Positions 48,824 to 57,860 of a DNA stretch of 64,000 nt are shown here, in pieces (position 1 is the first letter of the stretch; each line of letters begins with the position of its first letter). A model generated the notes under the pieces. It was given only the letters and a program-made list of their open reading frames with translations, was not told the DNA's origin and did not search any database. This stretch comes from Candidatus Latescibacterota bacterium. GTDB lineage: Bacteria > Latescibacterota > UBA2968 > GCA-2709665. Where the stretch lies: contig CBDDDZ010000005.1 of NCBI GenBank assembly GCA_965226795.1, positions 2,336,001 through 2,400,000 on the forward strand. The letters are read 5' to 3'. Both the position numbers and the translations under genes were made by a program.

Positions 48824-49792
48824 TCAGCAACCGCCGGCCGACAACGCCTCAGAGACGCTGCGCATGTCCTGCGGTACGGCCGCGCGGAATTCCAGCGTTT
48901 TGCCCGTGACCGGATGGTCGAATCCGAGGGACTCGGCATGTAACATCTGTCTATTCGCCATACCCATGACCGTCCTGGCCGCGTTCCTCAGAGGCGGTGA
49001 AATGCCTCGGATTCGTTTCGCGCCGCCACCGTACGTGGTATCTCCAAAGACCGGATGTCCGATGTGGGCGAGATGTACCCGAATCTGATGCGTTCGACCC
49101 GTCTCCAACTTCAATCCCAGCGTCGATGCGAACCCATGGAACGCTTTCACCTCGTAACTGGTGGCGGCGGTGCGTCCTCCTTCGTCCACAACTGCCATGA
49201 GCCTGCGGGCCTTAGGACTCCTGCCTATGGCCGTCTCGATGCGGCCGCGTTCCGGTTCAGGTTGCCCCCAAACAATCGCGATATATCGCCGGATCACGGT
49301 ACGCGCTTCGAGCTGCGCCGCAAGGCCCCGGTGAGCCACGTCATCCTTGGCCACCATGAGCAGACCCGAGGTTTCCCTGTCCAGCCGATGCACAATACCC
49401 GGACGCAGGACGCCGTTGATACCGGAGAGACGGTCGCAATGGGCGAGGAGACCGTTCACCAGCGTACCGGATCGCCTCCCGCCCGTCGGGTGTACCACCA
49501 TGCCCGCCGGCTTGTTCACGACAAGCAGATGCGCGTCTTCAAAAAAAATATCCAGAGGAATTTCCTCCGGATCATATCCCGAGGGTTCGGGGGCGGGCAG
49601 ACAGACGACGATCCGCTCGCCGGCCGAAACCCTGTAGTTGGATCGAACCCGTTTTCCCGTTACACGTACTTCCCCGGAGACAATCAACACCTGGATTCGA
49701 GACCGGGAGAGTGGTTCGCAGACGTCTGCCAGCATCCGGTCCAGCCGGCTGCCCGCGTGTTCCGAAAGGACGGTTACCTCAAATCGCCTCAT
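48824..49792 (-). CDS. rluD: RluA/RluD pseudouridine synthase
   Basis: S4 domain, NKPAGMVVHP, HRLDRETSG, TGRTHQIRVH. Confidence 0.94.
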   Translation of the reverse strand: MRRFEVTVLSEHAGSRLDRMLADVCEPLSRSRIQVLIVSGEVRVTGKRVRSNYRVSAGERIVVCLPAPEPSGYDPEEIPLDIFFEDAHLLVVNKPAGMVVHPTGGRRSGTLVNGLLAHCDRLSGINGVLRPGIVHRLDRETSGLLMVAKDDVAHRGLAAQLEARTVIRRYIAIVWGQPEPERGRIETAIGRSPKARRLMAVVDEGGRTAATSYEVKAFHGFASTLGLKLETGRTHQIRVHLAHIGHPVFGDTTYGGGAKRIRGISPPLRNAARTVMGMANRQMLHAESLGFDHPVTGKTLEFRAAVPQDMRSVSEALSAGGC

Positions 49793-50273
49793 CCTTTCTG
49801 CCCCTCAGAAGACCGCAGCCCAGTATTAACAGGACGGCCCCCACAGTAACGGAGGCGTCGGCCACGTTGAAAACCCACCAGCGAAGCGACCCGAATCCGA
49901 AATCCAGAAAATCAACCACCGCGCCAAAGCGGATCCGGTCTACGACGTTGCCGACGGCTCCACCCAGCACAAGCGCCAGACCGGCCGACGCCAGCCGCTC
50001 GTCAGGCGGCAGACGGAACCACATCACCGCCACCATGATCAATGCCAGCCCGGCGAAAATCAGGTGCGCGGCGTTTCCGCCCAACCTCAATCCGAACACG
50101 GCGCCGGGGTTCTGAATATAGGTCAACCTGAAGAAGGAGCCCAGTACGGGAATCGACTCTCCCCGGTACATCGATTCCATCACCATCCGTTTTGAAACCT
50201 GGTCCAGAAAAAGGACAACACCCGAAATCCAGAGGCCGCGCACAACGCCTCCTTGGAGATGGATCGAACGCAC
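49779..50273 (-). CDS. lspA: Lipoprotein signal peptidase
   Basis: DQVSK, NPGAVFG, GNVVDR, VVDFL, FNVAD. Confidence 0.95.
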   Translation of the reverse strand: MRSIHLQGGVVRGLWISGVVLFLDQVSKRMVMESMYRGESIPVLGSFFRLTYIQNPGAVFGLRLGGNAAHLIFAGLALIMVAVMWFRLPPDERLASAGLALVLGGAVGNVVDRIRFGAVVDFLDFGFGSLRWWVFNVADASVTVGAVLLILGCGLLRGRKDEAI

Positions 50274-50300
50274 CTGTTACCGTGAACGGGCCATGTGCGA

Positions 50301-50684
50301 TTACGAGGGACGAAACCTCTGCTGCTGCTCCCCTTCCTTGCAGGGAACGCACACCCGGGTTGTGGGAACGGCCTCCAGACGCGCTTTCGGGATCTCTTTT
50401 CCGCAAACCCTGCATTCTCCAAACGACCTGTCCTTTATGCGTTGCAGCGCGTCCCCCACCTGCGCCAGATAGGCGCCGTCTCGAGAAGCGAACATGAAGG
50501 CTTTCTCCCTCTCGATGGAGTCGCTACCCAGTTCCGGCATATGATCCGAGTAAATCTGTCCGCCCGAAGCCTCTTCGGATGTCGCATGCATGGATCGTTG
50601 CTCCAACATCCCCAGGTCCTGAACGACGGACAGCCGCTTTTTTTCCAGGATCTCCCGGAAGTATTTCAGTTCTTTCTCGGTCAT
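50301..50684 (-). CDS. dksA: TraR/DksA C4 zinc-finger protein
   Basis: CRVCGKEIPKARLEAVPTTRVCVPC. Confidence 0.88.
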   Translation of the reverse strand: MTEKELKYFREILEKKRLSVVQDLGMLEQRSMHATSEEASGGQIYSDHMPELGSDSIEREKAFMFASRDGAYLAQVGDALQRIKDRSFGECRVCGKEIPKARLEAVPTTRVCVPCKEGEQQQRFRPS

Positions 50685-50781
50685 CGTCCTCTCCGCCTGT
50701 CAATTCAAGCCGTACGCACCAGCCGGATGGCGCCACCAACGAGCGTCTGCGAATCCCCATCCACATAAGGTCCTGGGAGAT

Positions 50782-53700
50782 TCAAACGCGTGAAATACCA
50801 ATTGTGCCGCGCAAACCGTTTACCAGCCATTCCCGCGTCATCAGACAGGAATCGGGCAGTTGGCCCACCAGCACCTCCTCCGCCAGCGTCTCGCCGCTGA
50901 CATATGCCCGGTAGCGGGTAACCGCCCGCTCCAGACCGCATTCACCCAAGACCCCCGCGTGAATGCGGTCGACGATTTCCAATCCCATCTCTTTCCTCAT
51001 GTTCTGCACGCGGTTGACAAATTCACGCGCCGTACATTCGTCGATCAATTCTTCGTCGAGATGCACATCCAGGCCGACGCACAGGTTGCTCTCGACAGCC
51101 ACCACCACGTCGTCTTTCTTCCGCCGCTGGATTTCCAGATCCTCAAGAACGATTTCCCCTCCCGCGACCTCCAGCTTTTCGCCCGTCCGCAGGCGTTCGA
51201 CCTCCTCGGGCCCCAATCCTGCGATGCGCCCGACCACCTCTTTCATGCGTTTCCCGAATCGCGGACCCAACACCCTGAAGTTGGGTCTGTAGGAGATTTC
51301 GCTCAACTCGGTCTCGTCCTCCACCAGAACCACCTCTTTGATATTCAGTTCCTCGGCGATCAGGCCCTGCATCGAAGCAAGCGCATCGCGCCCGGCGCTA
51401 TCGGGCGGCAGCAGGTAGACCCGCCGCAACGGTTGACGCACCTTCAGGTCGTGCCTGCTGCGAAGCGACCGACCCAGAGCAACCGCGCGCATCGCCAGAT
51501 GCATCTGGGCTTCAAGATCCGGATCGCGCATCGACTCATCCGCCTGCGGCATATCGCACAGGTGTACGCTTTCGGGCGCCTCGGGATCGGCTCTTCTCAC
51601 CAGATTCTGATAGATATGTTCGGTCACGAACGGCAGTACCGGCGCCATGGCCTTAACCAATGCCACCAGCACCTCGTAGAGCGTTTTGTAAACCGCCGCC
51701 TTGTCCTCGTCGTCTACCGACTTCCAGAAGCGGCGGCGGCTGCGGCGGATGTACCAGTTCGTCAACTTCTCCACAAATGAAACCATTACCGGCACGGTCC
51801 TGTACAGCCGGTAAGCCGACATCTCGGCATTCATGTCGTGCAGCAGAGTCTGCAATTCCGACAGGATCCAGCGGTCCAGTTCGTGGGTGCGCACCGCCCC
51901 TCTCGCCGTGGCCGGCGTCCAACCGTCGATATTGGCATATGTGACGAAAATTCCGCCGTACGCGTTCCACAGTGGAATAATCACCGAACGCAGGCTCTCC
52001 TGAATACCCCGTTCGCTGATTCTTAACTCCTCGGCCTTGAGCGCCGGAGAGTTCAACAGATACAACCTCAACGCGTCCGCGCCGTATGCTTCGAGCATTT
52101 CGGTGGGTTCCGGATAGTTCTTCAGCCGCTTGCTCATCTTGCGTCCGTCCTCGGCAAGCAGCATCCCGGATACGATGCAATTCCTGAACGCCGGCTCCTC
52201 AAACAACGCGGCAGCGAGAACCGTCAACGTATAAAACCAGCCCCGGGTCTGATCCAGTCCTTCGGAAATGAAATCGGCCGGAAAATTCGCCTCGAAAAAC
52301 GATCGATTCTCAAACGGATAGTGTGTCTGGGCATAGGGCATGGCCCCGGACTCGAACCAGCAATCCAGCACCTCGGGAACACGCCTCAACATTCCCCTCC
52401 CCGTGGGACTGGGAATTTCGATATGATCTATCAGATGCTTATGCAGATCCTCCACTCGCTGACCACTCAGGCGCTCCAGTTCTTCACGGCTGCCGACACA
52501 AATCGTCTCCTTCGTGTCCTCATTGCGCCATACGGGTAACGGCGTGCCCCAGTAGCGGCTCCGGCTGATCGCCCAATCGCGCGCATCCTCCAGCCAGCGT
52601 CCGAATCGTCCGTTCTTTATGTGTTCCGGCACCCATCGGACCCGCTGATTCGAGGCGATCATCTTTTCCTTGATCGGTTCAATGGCCACAAACCAGGTTG
52701 AGATTGCGCGATAAATCAGTGGAGAATCACACCGCCAGCAGTAGGGGTAGCTATGAACCAGCGTTCCCTCGGAAAACAGCGAACCGCCCTCACGCAGTCG
52801 CCGCACGATATGACGGTCGACCTCCTTCACAAACTGTCCTGTATAGTCCGGGATCGCATCGGTGAACGCACAGTCCTCGTCGATCGGACACACGACCGGG
52901 ATTCCCTTTTCAACGCCCAGTTGATAGTCGTCTTCACCGAAACCGGGCGCCACATGCACGATCCCGGTGCCGTCTTCGGTCGTCACGAAATCGGCCGCAA
53001 CCACGCGATACGCGCCCTCATTTTCCAGATCTGAAAAATAGCCGAACAGCGGCTCATAACGCATCTCCAGCAGCGCCTCTATCGGTTCCGCCTCCACCCG
53101 CGCCACTTCCCCGTTGCGCCCCGAAAACAGGGCATCGAAGCGAGGCTCCGCAAGGATTAACTGCTCTCCGTTCCCCAGATGGACGCGCAGGTACGGGATG
53201 TCTTCCCCCACCGCGAGCGCCATGTTCGAAGGCAGCGTCCACGGTGTGGTCGTCCAGGCGAGAATCGACGTATTCGCCTCTCCCTGCACGCGGAAACGCA
53301 CCGTGATCGAAGGATCCTGGGTATCCCGGTAGCCTCCCTGATTCACCTCGAAATTCGAAAGCGGCGTGGCGCATCTGGGGCAGTAGGCCAGGGAATAGAA
53401 TCCTTCATAAATCAGTTCCTTCTCCCACAGGCTCTTGAACACCCACCACACCGACTCCATGAAATCCGAATCCATCGTGCGGTACTCGTGGTCCCAATCC
53501 ACCCACCGCCCGCATCGCTGGATCACCTGTTTCCACTCCGCCGTGTACTGAAGCACCTGTTCCCGGCAGAACTCGTTGAACCGACTCACTCCGAACGCAA
53601 GGATGTCTTTCCGGGACTTCAGTCCCAACTGGCGTTCGGCCTCGTTCTCGACCGGCAGTCCGTGACAATCCCATCCGAAACGCCGGTCCACCCGGTAACC

Positions 53701-53952
53701 GCGCATCGTCCAGTACCGCGGCACCACGTCCTTGATTATGGAAGCCAGCAGATGCCCGTAGTGCGGAAGCCCGCTCGCGAACGGCGGTCCGTCATTGAAG
53801 ATGAACAAATTTGATTCCGGGCGGGTTGCCACCGACTTCTCAAACGTCCGGTTTTTCTCCCAGAACCGAAGGATTTCCTTCTCCATTTCGGGAAAGTTCA
53901 TCCTGCCGGAAACGTCCTCAAACACCCTCTCTGCCGTTTTCTCCACCGCCAT
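50782..53952 (-). CDS. ileS: Isoleucine--tRNA ligase (type 2)
   Basis: DGPPFASGLPHYGH, GWDCHGLP, DQTRGWF, KMSKR. Confidence 0.97.
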   Translation of the reverse strand: MAVEKTAERVFEDVSGRMNFPEMEKEILRFWEKNRTFEKSVATRPESNLFIFNDGPPFASGLPHYGHLLASIIKDVVPRYWTMRGYRVDRRFGWDCHGLPVENEAERQLGLKSRKDILAFGVSRFNEFCREQVLQYTAEWKQVIQRCGRWVDWDHEYRTMDSDFMESVWWVFKSLWEKELIYEGFYSLAYCPRCATPLSNFEVNQGGYRDTQDPSITVRFRVQGEANTSILAWTTTPWTLPSNMALAVGEDIPYLRVHLGNGEQLILAEPRFDALFSGRNGEVARVEAEPIEALLEMRYEPLFGYFSDLENEGAYRVVAADFVTTEDGTGIVHVAPGFGEDDYQLGVEKGIPVVCPIDEDCAFTDAIPDYTGQFVKEVDRHIVRRLREGGSLFSEGTLVHSYPYCWRCDSPLIYRAISTWFVAIEPIKEKMIASNQRVRWVPEHIKNGRFGRWLEDARDWAISRSRYWGTPLPVWRNEDTKETICVGSREELERLSGQRVEDLHKHLIDHIEIPSPTGRGMLRRVPEVLDCWFESGAMPYAQTHYPFENRSFFEANFPADFISEGLDQTRGWFYTLTVLAAALFEEPAFRNCIVSGMLLAEDGRKMSKRLKNYPEPTEMLEAYGADALRLYLLNSPALKAEELRISERGIQESLRSVIIPLWNAYGGIFVTYANIDGWTPATARGAVRTHELDRWILSELQTLLHDMNAEMSAYRLYRTVPVMVSFVEKLTNWYIRRSRRRFWKSVDDEDKAAVYKTLYEVLVALVKAMAPVLPFVTEHIYQNLVRRADPEAPESVHLCDMPQADESMRDPDLEAQMHLAMRAVALGRSLRSRHDLKVRQPLRRVYLLPPDSAGRDALASMQGLIAEELNIKEVVLVEDETELSEISYRPNFRVLGPRFGKRMKEVVGRIAGLGPEEVERLRTGEKLEVAGGEIVLEDLEIQRRKKDDVVVAVESNLCVGLDVHLDEELIDECTAREFVNRVQNMRKEMGLEIVDRIHAGVLGECGLERAVTRYRAYVSGETLAEEVLVGQLPDSCLMTREWLVNGLRGTIGISRV

Positions 53953-54106
53953 GAGGTTCTTTCGCTTCTCTGGTATGTTCTGGAATGTCGCGGATATTTT
54001 CTGTTGCTATGTCCTGTCAGTCCATAGACCGCGACCGCCAGGAATCCTTCCGCGCCGTGCAGAAAAACGGTTCAGGCGGAAGTATCGTGCTTCGAGTCGC
54101 TCGTCG

Positions 54107-54577
54107 TTATCGAACCGATTTGCCATTCACCATTGCGACAATCCGGTCCCCGTTCTCCCCCAACAACGCCTTCTGTTCCGGCCACATCATCACCGGCAGC
54201 CGATCGATGGGAAACCAGTCCACGACTTCGTGATGTTCCACGTCCGTGGGCACGACATCCACCTGCTCGGTCCGATACAGAAAATAGTGCGTGGTCTTCC
54301 ATTCCGTCCGATGATAATTCATCCGTGCCCTTACGCCCATCGACTGGATCAACTTCAATTCCGTAAACCCTGCCTCTTCCTCAATCTCCCGCCGCGCAGC
54401 CTCCTCGACGGACTCGCCCCTGTCCACGTGTCCCTTGGGCAGCACGTATTCCTCGTAGGACTGCTCGCGAATCAGCGCCACCATCACCTGTCCATCCGCC
54501 ACCGTTACAACCACGCCCCCCGCCGAAACGGCTTCCGGCATGCCATCGGGTCTCCGGTACCATCGTTCATCGATCAT
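54107..54577 (-). CDS. NUDIX hydrolase
   Basis: PKGHVDRGESVEEAARREIEEEAG. Confidence 0.92.
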   Translation of the reverse strand: MIDERWYRRPDGMPEAVSAGGVVVTVADGQVMVALIREQSYEEYVLPKGHVDRGESVEEAARREIEEEAGFTELKLIQSMGVRARMNYHRTEWKTTHYFLYRTEQVDVVPTDVEHHEVVDWFPIDRLPVMMWPEQKALLGENGDRIVAMVNGKSVR

Positions 54578-55461
54578 CCTGACCCACCCAGATAGTGTCC
54601 ATACAACACGCTCAGCCGCTGTCTTGCCTCATTCGGAATGGCGCCCGGCGCCGTAATGATCGCATCCCGCGCCGCATGGTGACATTCGCAATCCGACGCC
54701 TCAGGCAGCAACCCTGCGATTTCTTTCACGACCGCATTGGCCATCCGTGTATTGGCCTTCAGAATGGCCAGCACGGCCTCGATGTCCACGTCCTCTTCCC
54801 GCCCGTGCCAGCAGTCGTAATCCGTGCCCAGGGAAAGCACGGCATAGCACATCTCCGCCTCCCGGGCCAGTTTAGCCTCCGGAAGCGCCGTCATTCCGAT
54901 CACCGTGGCATCGGCGGCCCGGCGATAAAACTCCGACTCGGCCCTCGTCGAAAACTGAGGCCCCTCCATGCAGACATACGTGCCGCCGTCATGAACCGTA
55001 GCGCCTCTGTTCCCCGCCGCTTGAACGACAACGCCGCGCATATCGGCGCAGAACGGGTCTGCGAAGGCAACGTGTCCCACAACCCCGTCACCGAAAAACG
55101 TGGACGGCCGAATCCCCCTTGTGCGATCGAAAATCTGATCCGGGACGACCATGTCTCCCGGCCTGATGTGTTCTTTCATAATTCCCACGGCGCCTACCGC
55201 AAGTACGTGGGTGACATCCAACTGTTTCAACGCATGGATATTGGCACGGTATCTCACCTCGGACGGCAGCAACCGGTGTCCGCGCCCGTGGCGGGGCAGG
55301 AAAACAACTGTACGTCCGTCGATATCCGTTTCCACCAGCAGGTCGGAGGGCTGGCCGAACGGCGTGTCCACCTCGTGTTCCCGCACCACCGCGACGCCAT
55401 CCATCTCATAGAACCCGGATCCGCCAATCACACCCAGACGCAACGGCTTTGTCTCTTTCAT
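54574..55461 (-). CDS. mtnP: S-methyl-5'-thioadenosine phosphorylase
   Basis: GVIGGSG, PRHG, EGPQFSTRAES, GMT, TDYDCW. Confidence 0.93.
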   Translation of the reverse strand: MKETKPLRLGVIGGSGFYEMDGVAVVREHEVDTPFGQPSDLLVETDIDGRTVVFLPRHGRGHRLLPSEVRYRANIHALKQLDVTHVLAVGAVGIMKEHIRPGDMVVPDQIFDRTRGIRPSTFFGDGVVGHVAFADPFCADMRGVVVQAAGNRGATVHDGGTYVCMEGPQFSTRAESEFYRRAADATVIGMTALPEAKLAREAEMCYAVLSLGTDYDCWHGREEDVDIEAVLAILKANTRMANAVVKEIAGLLPEASDCECHHAARDAIITAPGAIPNEARQRLSVLYGHYLGGSG

Positions 55462-55527
55462 TGTTCCGCTCCGCTACCGCCGGTAAAGTCCCGTCTTGCG
55501 ATTGCGAGCCGCCACGAAGGCGGAAAA

Positions 55528-56100
55528 TCAGTCCTCCGTCTCCGCGTTTTCGCCATCCGTGATCTGGCCGTTTCCGCCCTTCACGTACGCTTCCTCGTCT
55601 CCTTCATTCGTGCGCACGTCGTCGACGCCGTCGAATTCATCGCCTGACAGCTGCGCCAGAAAATCGGACTGCGCCTGCAGAAGGGACTGAAACCTGGCTA
55701 TGAACATGTCCCGCCGACTCTTCAGATTCACCAACTCGCTCCGCATCTGCCGCACGAATGAACGTGCTTTCTCCACGGCGCGATTCCCCAGCGCTTCGGC
55801 CTCCTTCACAATCAACCTGCCTTCCGTCCGGGCATTTTCACGCACATCATCCGCGGCCAGTTGGGCTGTTTTCAATATTTCCTGCAACGTCGCTTCCATC
55901 TGCGTGTACCGCTCCACTTTCTCCAGCAAATTGGCCTCGCGCTCCAGTGCCTGCAGGCGCTCGCGGTTCAGCTCTTCGAACGCATCGGCGATCGTTTCCA
56001 GAAAGGCCATCACTTCCTCCGGGTCCAAACCTCGAAAGACCCGTTTAAACTCCTGCTTCCGGATATCCAGAGAAGTCATCTTCATGGGAACCACCTCCAT
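55528..56100 (-). CDS. divIVA: DivIVA-domain protein
   Basis: MTSLDIRKQEFKRVFRGLDPEEV followed by coiled coil. Confidence 0.9.
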   Translation of the reverse strand: MEVVPMKMTSLDIRKQEFKRVFRGLDPEEVMAFLETIADAFEELNRERLQALEREANLLEKVERYTQMEATLQEILKTAQLAADDVRENARTEGRLIVKEAEALGNRAVEKARSFVRQMRSELVNLKSRRDMFIARFQSLLQAQSDFLAQLSGDEFDGVDDVRTNEGDEEAYVKGGNGQITDGENAETED

Positions 56101-56251
56101 ATCCGTCCTCGGCGCCGGCAGCGCCGGGATACCTCAAGCGGGCGGCAGGGGAAACCGCCACTCGGGGAGAGGGAAGGCGGGATTCAGGATCCAGAACCGG
56201 GTCGGGAGGAACGCGTATCCGATATGCACGTCCTCATACCCGACGCCCGCC

Positions 56252-56854
56252 TTACGTCGTGCTCAGTCCGAAAACGACGAGAACCGCGCCTTTGGCGAAA
56301 TTCAGCAACAGGATCAACAGAATCGGCGACAGATCGAACATGCCTAATGGCGGGATCAGGCGCCGGAAGGGCGCCATGACGGGCTCGGTAAGCGAATAAA
56401 GCGTCCATATCATTCGCCCGTTTCGAAAAAAGGGCATCCAGGAAACAATGATGCGAGCGAGAATCAACACCAGGAAAACTGATATTGCGCCGTAAAAGAG
56501 CCAGCCAATGACCTGAAGAAATGCCACGTTCAACAACGCCCGAACCACTCCCTCCAAAGCCAGAAGCACGTCGTTGCTGATCCACTTAAGAAAAAACGCG
56601 GCCAACAATGTTCCCAGAATCACAAACAAAGGCGCAATGCCGAGACTGTTGGGCGCGGGCAGGCTCTGGGTGATTGGCCAGATCATGGGATCGGTCCATC
56701 CCCGAACCACCTGAGACAACCGGCCGAACGGTTGCGCCTTCAACAGAACCCATCGTGAAAACATTAACAGAGCGACAACCACAACCGCCGAAAACGCCAC
56801 AAAATTAACCGCTGCACGCATGTAGTCGATCACCTGCAACAAGACGTATAACAT
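56252..56854 (-). CDS. yggT: YggT family membrane protein (two YGGT repeats)
   Basis: WTDPM and LTEPVMAPFRRLIPPLGMFDLSP. Confidence 0.88.
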   Translation of the reverse strand: MLYVLLQVIDYMRAAVNFVAFSAVVVVALLMFSRWVLLKAQPFGRLSQVVRGWTDPMIWPITQSLPAPNSLGIAPLFVILGTLLAAFFLKWISNDVLLALEGVVRALLNVAFLQVIGWLFYGAISVFLVLILARIIVSWMPFFRNGRMIWTLYSLTEPVMAPFRRLIPPLGMFDLSPILLILLLNFAKGAVLVVFGLSTT

Positions 56855-56963
56855 GATTACCCTTCATTATCCTTCGCTGAACCCTGTCACCTCAGACGGA
56901 AGGACGCCAAACCGGCGGTGGATTATACGTTCTAACGCCCCGAAGCGCCCTGCACCCGCGTCA

Positions 56964-57650
56964 TTACCTGGAACCGAAAATCGCCGAGCCGACTCGCACC
57001 ATTGTAGCGCCTTCCTCAATTGCCACTTCAAAATCCCCTGTCATCCCCATTGAAAGGTGTGTCATCGATACATCCGGCATTCGCGCCGCCGCAATCTTCT
57101 CACTCAGTTCCCGCAGCTGTACGAAACAAGGTCGCACCGCCTCCGGGTCCGGCAGAAACAAGCCGATCGTCATCAACCCCTCCACATCCACACCTTCCAC
57201 CTCCGAAATCCGCCCGACCTGATCGACCGTTGCGTCGGGCGCGGCCCCGAACTGGGCATCCGCCCCCGAGGTATTCACCTGCACAAGCGTCCGCGCGGAA
57301 ATCCCGGCCTGCACCGCACGTTTTCCAATCTCCCTTGCCAGCCGCAGGCTGTCCACCGAGTGAACCATTTCGAACATGCGGAGCGCGCTTTTCACCTTAT
57401 TCCGCTGCAAATGTCCCACCAGATGCCAAACCACCGCACCCGCGACGCTGCCAACCTTCGTCTCGGCCTCCTGTACTCTGTTCTCACCCAGCACCCGAAC
57501 CCCGGCCTCCACCGCTTCCTGGATGACTTCTACGGGCTTTGTCTTGGATACAGCGACAAGGGTTACATCATGCGCCTGTCGCCCCGCTCGCTCCGCAGCC
57601 CGGACAATGCGTTCACGAACCCGTTTGAGATTATCCGAAATCGACGTCAT
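56964..57650 (-). CDS. yggS: PLP homeostasis protein
   Basis: LVAVSKT, GENRVQE, GHLQRNK, LSMGM, VRVGSAIFG. Confidence 0.95.
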   Translation of the reverse strand: MTSISDNLKRVRERIVRAAERAGRQAHDVTLVAVSKTKPVEVIQEAVEAGVRVLGENRVQEAETKVGSVAGAVVWHLVGHLQRNKVKSALRMFEMVHSVDSLRLAREIGKRAVQAGISARTLVQVNTSGADAQFGAAPDATVDQVGRISEVEGVDVEGLMTIGLFLPDPEAVRPCFVQLRELSEKIAAARMPDVSMTHLSMGMTGDFEVAIEEGATMVRVGSAIFGSR

Positions 57651-57860
57651 TGGCGCTCTGCCGAATCGTGAAAATGGTCAACCCCGGTTCCAATGCAGAA
57701 TAGTAAACTTATATTAAAACGGATGATTTGGCAACCTATTCGCCGACTCGAGATTGCAAAGTTAGACCGGCGGCTTAAGCGACAATCATCTAAATAATTA
57801 AAATCAAGAGGATTACGCTAACGTTTACAGGAATTGGCTAAATCCAGCCCCGTGAATCAT

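Noticed and set aside
50782..53952. ileS as an acquired mupirocin-resistance gene
   Set aside because: Type 2 IleRS in the ordinary yggS-divIVA-ileS-lspA context with a standard HYGH motif
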